Positions 58,360-64,000 of a stretch of DNA of 64,000 bases are shown here, piece after piece. The stretch spans positions 32,001 to 96,000 of the IMG/VR virus record IMGVR_UViG_3300024518_005299; one strand, 5' to 3'. The notes below the pieces were generated by a model, which saw only the letters and a program-made list of their open reading frames with translations, was not told where the DNA came from and did not search any database. The translations under genes were made by a program, and so were the position numbers. Source of the stretch: a virus. Positions within the stretch are counted from its first letter, which is position 1, and every line of letters starts with the position of its first letter.

Positions 58360-59221
58360 AACCATAGGAATTATAGCCTGGGGCGCGCAAGCTGATGTGT
58401 TATATGCCACGCCTATTGTGCGGCATATCAGGGATAAGTTCCCAGATGCACACATTACTTGGCTAGTGCGTGATAAGTTCGCCGAGGTGATTGAAACCAA
58501 TCCATATATTGATAAGGTAAAAACTTTTACCTTACCGAAGGGGCATGCTAATAGGCAGGATGCAGAGTATGTGATGGATAAAACCATTCGAGAATTTGCA
58601 TCTAGAACATATAGCAGGGTATTTGACCTCCAATATTGGCCCACATTTAGTAATTTTTATGAACGCCCAACAGAAGATTTTATATCTTTAAGGGCACGAA
58701 ATGCAGGGTTGGATCCGGCAGAGATTAATGATCGTAGCGTTGTACTTGAACACACTTGTGAGGATGTGGCGCGGACGACTAGATTTTATCTAGATCATTT
58801 AGATGGAACTGAAGGATTTATTACTGTGAATCATATTAGCTATGCAGCAAGTCCTGTATGGTCATTTCAAAACTATAGTGATCTAGTTGATATGCTGGAT
58901 CATGAGTATAATGTAATGTCAGTATTCACAGGTGCTCCGAATGAGCCGATCCCCGAAGGTTGTATTGATGCGCGCGGCATGCCATATCGTCAGTGGGCGT
59001 CACTCATCTCAATGAGTGACCTGTGGTTGGGGTTGGATTCCGGCGCGGTCGCTTTAGCTTGTGCTAGCGATGTGCCTATTATTAAGTTACACAGTAAAGA
59101 TTTTCCATTAGCCAAGACAGGGATCAAAGCTATGGGGTTACGTCAAGAGAATGTATTAGAGCTTTATCCTGCACCTAGTGTAGAAAGAATGGCTGAGTTA
59201 ATTATAGAGAACATGCAATGA
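58352..59221 (+). CDS. GT9 (heptosyltransferase-like) glycosyltransferase
   Basis: GAQADVLYATPIVRHIRDKFPDAHITWLV..VIETNPYIDKV, DLWLGLDSGAVALACASDVPII. Confidence 0.85.
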   Translation: MTKTIGIIAWGAQADVLYATPIVRHIRDKFPDAHITWLVRDKFAEVIETNPYIDKVKTFTLPKGHANRQDAEYVMDKTIREFASRTYSRVFDLQYWPTFSNFYERPTEDFISLRARNAGLDPAEINDRSVVLEHTCEDVARTTRFYLDHLDGTEGFITVNHISYAASPVWSFQNYSDLVDMLDHEYNVMSVFTGAPNEPIPEGCIDARGMPYRQWASLISMSDLWLGLDSGAVALACASDVPIIKLHSKDFPLAKTGIKAMGLRQENVLELYPAPSVERMAELIIENMQ

Positions 59222-59475
59222 AACAATATCTTTTATTTCTAGGTGAAAATTATTATCCATATGGTGGTTGGAAAGATTTTCATGGAGAGTTTGATTCCGT
59301 AAAAGAAGCCAAACAATTTGTGGCTGATAATCCTACGTTTGAGGACAATGGTCATCGGGCTAAGATGAGCTGGGCTCAGATTGTTGATACTACTATCAAT
59401 AAAATAGTTTCAGTATATAAATGGCGATGGAATGAATCCAAACTACATAATGAACCTGGGTGGAAAGAAGAATAA
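59218..59475 (+). CDS. Hypothetical protein, 85 aa
   Basis: YLLFLGENYYPYGGWKDF N-terminus. ATGA-coupled. Confidence 0.55.
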   Translation: MKQYLLFLGENYYPYGGWKDFHGEFDSVKEAKQFVADNPTFEDNGHRAKMSWAQIVDTTINKIVSVYKWRWNESKLHNEPGWKEE

Positions 59476-60644
59476 TGAAGAGTGCTAGCAATTTACGTGA
59501 ATTAAATCAAAATGCTATATATCAAATAATCAATACAACAAATAATAAATGTTATATAGGCAGCACTGAGAGATTAGCTTTAAGATTTAATGAACATATT
59601 TCCTTATTAAGGCGCGGCCAACATCATTCAGTGAAATTGCAAAGAACCTGGGACAAGCATAATGCTGATGTTTTTCAATTCTTAGTATTAGAGCATCCTG
59701 CAGCTCATTGTCTAGTAGATCGAGAACAATATTATCTTGATACAGTTTTATTTGCTAGTTGTAATGATCAAAGATTTCAAGATTTGGGATATAATTGTCG
59801 TCGTAGAGCAGAAAGCAATCGAGGTTTTAAATGGAGTGAAGAATCAAAGAAAAAACTTTCAGAGGCTCTAAAGGGCAAGATTGTTGGCGTAAATCATCCA
59901 ATGGCTAGATTAAATGATAATATTATAAAAGATATTTTATTGACATATTTAAAATCAGATTTAACTAATGTGCAAATTGCTCAAGATTTTGGTGTTTCAA
60001 AAACTAATATTAATGACATCATAAGGGGTAAGATCTGGTCCCATATCCAATTAGACAATGTATATGATCAAGATAAATTAATTGAACTTCGATCTGAGTT
60101 ACAAAGATTAAGTGATACTAAAATGATTGGTAGAGGTATTCATCATGGCATGTCAAAATGGACAGAAAATGATATTATGGAAATACGTCGATTAGTTAAA
60201 AGTGGCGTCACACAAACTGCGGTTGCTGAAAAATATGGCATTAAGCAAGGTTGTGTTTCAAATATAGTTAATCATAAAATTTGGAAACATTTAGATTGGT
60301 TGCAACAAGGTTTATATGAATGGATCCGTTCTGATGAATTTCAAGCTAAGGCTAAACAGGGTGTGGATGTTGAATTTGGCGTATCAACAGTTTATTTGAT
60401 GGAACGTTTATTAATATCTCATGTTCGTGTCTGGCATTTAGAAGATAAAATCAGATTGACTGATGATGATGGAGAGCGTAGTGAGCTTAAACGTCAAATA
60501 GATTATATAAATTCTAAGGTTCGTCCTAGGTTAATATGCGCCATAGAAGATAGCTTAATCAAAGCATATGCTGAACAGGATATGACTATTATCAGTGATG
60601 GCAATCTTAAACATTATGGTAAAGAGTTTGAAGAAGGACTATAA
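59475..60644 (+). mobile_element. GIY-YIG homing endonuclease fused in frame to a DUF4254-like helical domain
   Basis: AIYQIINTTNNKCYIGS, LFASCNDQRFQDLGYN, two HTH units ending NHKIWKHL. No stop follows, and ~117 aa continue with VWHLEDKIR..ELKRQIDYIN. Confidence 0.75.
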
Positions 60645-60650
60645 AGCACG

Positions 60651-60974
60651 ATGAAAAATTTTGAAGATAAAATGAATGTTTTGGCCGGTCAATATAGTGG
60701 ACCAGTAGAATTGGAAATTGATGACAAAATTTTTGATTATACAATCAACATATTCTATGATTATACAGTACCCGAAGATGCCTTTGGTTTTATTGGATGG
60801 GCAGAAGGTTTACAAAAATATCAATTACCTAAATTTGGCAGCGCAGTAGATTCAATGAATAATAATGCTAATGCTGTTGGCGCTGGCGTATCTAAGGAAC
60901 ATATTGCCGAGCATATGATCCAAAAAATAAGAGATTCAATTCAACAAAAAGTCAGGGAGAGCGTGAAAGTTTAA
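60651..60974 (+). CDS. Hypothetical protein, 107 aa
   Basis: Clean ORF. Confidence 0.5.
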   Translation: MKNFEDKMNVLAGQYSGPVELEIDDKIFDYTINIFYDYTVPEDAFGFIGWAEGLQKYQLPKFGSAVDSMNNNANAVGAGVSKEHIAEHMIQKIRDSIQQKVRESVKV

Positions 60975-60977
60975 GGA

Positions 60978-61688
60978 TTGTCAGACAAGATGAATATGCC
61001 ACTTCCCAAATATAAACATGGTGTTTATTTAATACGCAATATTATTAGCAACGATCCTCATGCTTGCTATATTGGTAGCGCCTCTGGTCATGGCTTCAAA
61101 AGTCGTTGGGGCGACCATGTGCGAGACGCTAAGAATCAAAAACATCATTCAATAATATTTCAACGAGCATGGAATAAGTATGGTAGAGATGCGTTTATGT
61201 TTGAAGTTTTGCTTTATTGTGATCCAGAGCATTGTATAATGTATGAACAATTAAGTATGGATCATTATCAACCCAAGTATAATATTTGCAAGATTGCCGG
61301 TAGTAGTCTTGGCGTAAAAAGATCTGAAGAATGTAAAAGAAAAATCAGTGAATCAAAAAAGGGTAATAAAAATTCTTTAGGTATAAAACCATCAGAAGAT
61401 ACAAAAAGAAAAATTAGCTCGTCTTTAAAAGGCAGATTTGGTAAAGAGAAACATCCTATGTGGGGCAAATCTCATTCAGAAGAATCTCGAAGGAAAATAG
61501 CTATAGCTAAAACTGGTTTGAAGGGTGAAAGCGCTGGCAATAGCAAGCTTACCATTAAGCAAGTTAGAGAAATTAGACAAATGATAAATGATGGCATGAG
61601 ACGTATTGATATAGCATCAAAATTTGGCGTATCTCCTGTAACTATTGGAGATATTAAATCTGGAAAAAGTTGGAATGGTGTCATATGA
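60978..61688 (+). mobile_element. Free-standing GIY-YIG homing endonuclease (start uncertain: 60978, 60990 or 60996)
   Basis: GVYLIRNII..CYIGS, YEQ..PKYNI, SEETKRKIS-like repeats, DIKSGKSW end. Lacks the LFASxxDxRF insert of the other five. Confidence 0.88.
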
Positions 61689-62860
61689 GTAAGCGATATT
61701 CGTTAGGGTCAACTAGTATTGGTGAACTAGAAAAGAAATACGTCAATGAAGTTCTAGATGAAAACTACGTAAGCCCAGGCCCTGTAGTTAAACATGTAGA
61801 AGAAGAATGCGCAAGGCTCCATGGTATGAAGCATGGATTGGCGCTAAACTCTGGTCAGGCAGCTATTCATGTGGCTATTCAGGCTATCGTAGAGACCAAA
61901 CTTAAGTCTGGTAAGGAAAAACCATTGGTGGCTGTGCCCGCCTGTACCTATATCTCTACTCTAGCTGCCGCTGTTCTTGCTGGCTGTGATCTTATTCTAG
62001 TTGATGTAGAAGAAGACACTGGCAATATGTGTCCTAATCAATTAAAGGAAACCTTAGAGCGTCATAAAAAACAAGGTGATCCTATCGATATTGTGATCCC
62101 GGTGCATCTTTATGGTCGGGCGTGTAACCCACGGATTTTTACCATTTGTGAAGAGTTTGGCGTATGGGTAGTGGAGGATGCTTGTGAGTCGACTTTCGCA
62201 CTAGGTATTGGCAAAGGTCATATTCTTACAACCTCCTTCTTTTCGAATCACTTGATTTCTGCTGGTGGCGGAGGGGTTATAATGACCAACGATTCGCAAC
62301 TAGATGAGTATTGTTGGAAGTTAATCAATCACGGGCGTAGTGCTCGCTTTGGCAATAATGATATCCATCAGATTGCGGATAAGTTTTGCTTCGATATATT
62401 TGGTCATTCGATGAAGTGGTCTGACCTACCCGCCGCGCTTGCTAAGGCGCAAATAGAAAGAAAAAATGAGTTATATGGGATTCGTCGTAGAAATGCTAAA
62501 GAATTAATTGCTATTCTGGAAGATTGGAAAGATTATATTATACTTCCATTATTAGATGATCATACTTTTATGATGTTTATGATCACTCTTCAAGAACCAT
62601 TAGATGTAAATAATGTTATTCGATATCTCAATGACAATAGTATTGAGGTTAGAAGAGCTATGCCAATTACAAATCAAAAAGTGGTTAGAGAATATTTTGG
62701 CAATAATGATCTAGTAAAGGAATTCCCAGTTGCAGATTTTCTTAATCGACAATCGTTTTATATTGGTGTTCATCCGGAGTTATCGTTGGACGATATACAA
62801 GATATGGGTAGTACTGTTTCTGAAGCTCTCAGGGGAGAAATTAATAGAGTAGAAGCGTAA
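61685..62860 (+). CDS. DegT-fold enzyme with His in place of the catalytic Lys (ColD-like GDP-4-keto-6-deoxymannose 3-dehydratase candidate)
   Basis: [54 protein letters not shown] (His codon 62249-62251 where DegT has Lys). No GRDCxC Fe-S motif. Confidence 0.75.
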   Translation: MSKRYSLGSTSIGELEKKYVNEVLDENYVSPGPVVKHVEEECARLHGMKHGLALNSGQAAIHVAIQAIVETKLKSGKEKPLVAVPACTYISTLAAAVLAGCDLILVDVEEDTGNMCPNQLKETLERHKKQGDPIDIVIPVHLYGRACNPRIFTICEEFGVWVVEDACESTFALGIGKGHILTTSFFSNHLISAGGGGVIMTNDSQLDEYCWKLINHGRSARFGNNDIHQIADKFCFDIFGHSMKWSDLPAALAKAQIERKNELYGIRRRNAKELIAILEDWKDYIILPLLDDHTFMMFMITLQEPLDVNNVIRYLNDNSIEVRRAMPITNQKVVREYFGNNDLVKEFPVADFLNRQSFYIGVHPELSLDDIQDMGSTVSEALRGEINRVEA

Positions 62861-63507
62861 TGGGAAAATTCATAGATCTGACAGGAGAGATATTTAGCAG
62901 GTTAACTGTTTTGCGTTATGTCAGTAATAATACATGGGGTAATGCTCAATTTTTATGTGAATGTAGCTGTCTCGCTAAAACACAAGTAGTAGTTACTGGA
63001 TGCAACTTGCGTTCTGGCAATACCAAATCTTGTGGATGTTTACAAAAAGAAGCAAGAGTGAAATTTACATACATGCATACAACACATGGTGCTAGTAAAA
63101 ATGGATATCATACTAAAGAATATAGATGTTGGCGACGTATTAAAGAAAGGTGTTATAATCCAAATCATGAACATTACGAGCATTATGGAGATAGGGGTAT
63201 TACTATGTGCTCAGAATGGCTTAATTCTTACTCCACCTTTTTAAAAGACGTAGGCGAGGCGCCAACTCCTAAGCATTCCATTGACCGCATTAATACCAAT
63301 GGTAATTATGAACCTGGTAATTGTAGATGGGCCACTCCAACGGAACAGGCTAATAATAAAAGAAATAATTTAGTGATAGAGGATAAGACTTTGGCTCAAA
63401 TTTGTAAAGAAAAAGACTTACCATATGCTTCTATTCATGCTAGAATTAAAAAACTCAATTGGTCAATTGAAGAGGCAATCAATACACCCATAGGACAAAA
63501 ACGATGA
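62860..63507 (+). mobile_element. Free-standing HNH homing endonuclease
   Basis: [65 protein letters not shown]. Confidence 0.88.
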
Positions 63508-64000
63508 TTTATGATAATTCAACTATTCTGATCACTGGAGCTGGGGGGTTCCTCGGTCATCATACAGTTAAAGCGTTTAAAGAGTATAAAAACGGTGGGA
63601 CTAATGGTGCTCGTAAGGGTATAAAAATTTTGATGCCAACACATAATGAATTAGATCTTTTAGAAGAAGATGACATTTCTTGTTATATGACAGAACATCA
63701 ACCTGATATCGTTATTCATCTAGCTGCTATATGTGGTGGGATCGGAGCTAATAGGGAAAGACCAGGAGAGTTTTTGTATAATAACCTTATAATGACTACG
63801 AACTTGATTGAATGGTGTGCCCGTCTAACTCGTAATCAGGATGGTCCTACTATTCATAAGTTTGTTGGTGTTGGTACTGTGTGCTTTACATCTGATGCAT
63901 TTATCAAAACTGGGAATAGTTATACTACTATTGATAACATTTCTTTAGATCATAAAGTTAGTAGTAGAAATTTTGCCGATTGTTCTGTAGTCGACATTTT
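63504..64000 (+). CDS. GDP-L-fucose/GDP-L-colitose synthase-like (Fcl/WcaG/ColC) SDR, 3' truncated, interrupted by an intein
   Basis: My translation from ATG 63504 (not in the ORF track): [53 protein letters not shown], then intein-like sequence. Confidence 0.85.
   Translation, partial: MIYDNSTILITGAGGFLGHHTVKAFKEYKNGGTNGARKGIKILMPTHNELDLLEEDDISCYMTEHQPDIVIHLAAICGGIGANRERPGEFLYNNLIMTTNLIEWCARLTRNQDGPTIHKFVGVGTVCFTSDAFIKTGNSYTTIDNISLDHKVSSRNFADCSVVDI
63882..64000 (+). mobile_element. Intein N-terminal splicing region (truncated by window end)
   Basis: [28 protein letters not shown] replaces the expected C(S/A)YP continuation and resembles intein block A (CFxxdtxIxt..g...IxdIxxgdxVxs). Confidence 0.75.

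Noticed and set aside
762-61684. Numerous minus-strand and nested plus-strand ORFs of 60-150 aa in the ORF track
   Set aside because: All lie inside longer, motif-bearing + strand genes, lack SD or promoter support and have no recognisable motifs, so they are shadow ORFs.
5676-61685. ORF-track start sites at 5676, 29968, 33632, 34581, 43454, 49453, 50664, 53138, 53865, 54394, 55708, 59460, 61670
   Set aside because: Downstream ATGs fit family N-termini, SD position or stop/start coupling better, so starts were adjusted.
3528-63507. HEGs as group I intron ORFs
   Set aside because: Flanking genes appear complete on each side, and overlaps leave no room for intron core structure.
1-64000. Stop-codon reassignment (suggested by abundant TAG)
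   Set aside because: Conserved genes are full length under code 11, and TAG terminates genes normally (33614, 34156, 45443, 46455).
1-64000. tRNA or rRNA genes
   Set aside because: Intergenic gaps are under ~90 nt and show no cloverleaf or T-loop signature.

Overview
This window looks like part of a large (jumbo/huge) tailed dsDNA bacteriophage genome. Every credible gene is on the + strand and genes are tightly packed, mostly through overlapping start/stop codons. There are three modules. (1) 1-20449 is a virion tail module: a 5'-truncated tape-measure-like coiled-coil protein followed by S/G/T-rich structural proteins, including a 1503-aa LamG/PKD-type fibre. (2) 20506-35228 covers replication, recombination and transcription: RecA, DnaB, DnaG, a nucleoside deoxyribosyltransferase-like protein, dNMP kinase, a RecB-like nuclease, DnaE, SSB and a sigma-70 factor. 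(3) 35250-64000 is a ~29-kb glycan-biosynthesis locus that runs off the 3' end: about 11 glycosyltransferases, a Lys-type DegT aminotransferase, a GNAT acetyltransferase, 2 SAM methyltransferases, a His-type ColD-like dehydratase and a GDP-fucose/colitose synthase-like enzyme. Purine-salvage genes and a serpin-like gene are interleaved in it. Twelve free-standing homing endonuclease genes (6 GIY-YIG, 3 LAGLIDADG, 3 HNH) are wedged between genes, and two are fused in frame to unrelated domains. Two inteins sit in active-site motifs of glycan enzymes, while RecA, DnaB and DnaE have none. A promoter-like motif, (CGCA)CGA-N14-C[A/G]CATAATAG, occurs five times. The best candidate for an undescribed system is phage-encoded virion glycosylation: the structural proteins are strongly enriched in a Ser-Gly-hydrophobic tripeptide that could be the acceptor sequon for the glycan locus. 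This link is inference. All family assignments come from motif recognition by eye, with no database searches. No tRNA, rRNA or CRISPR array was seen.
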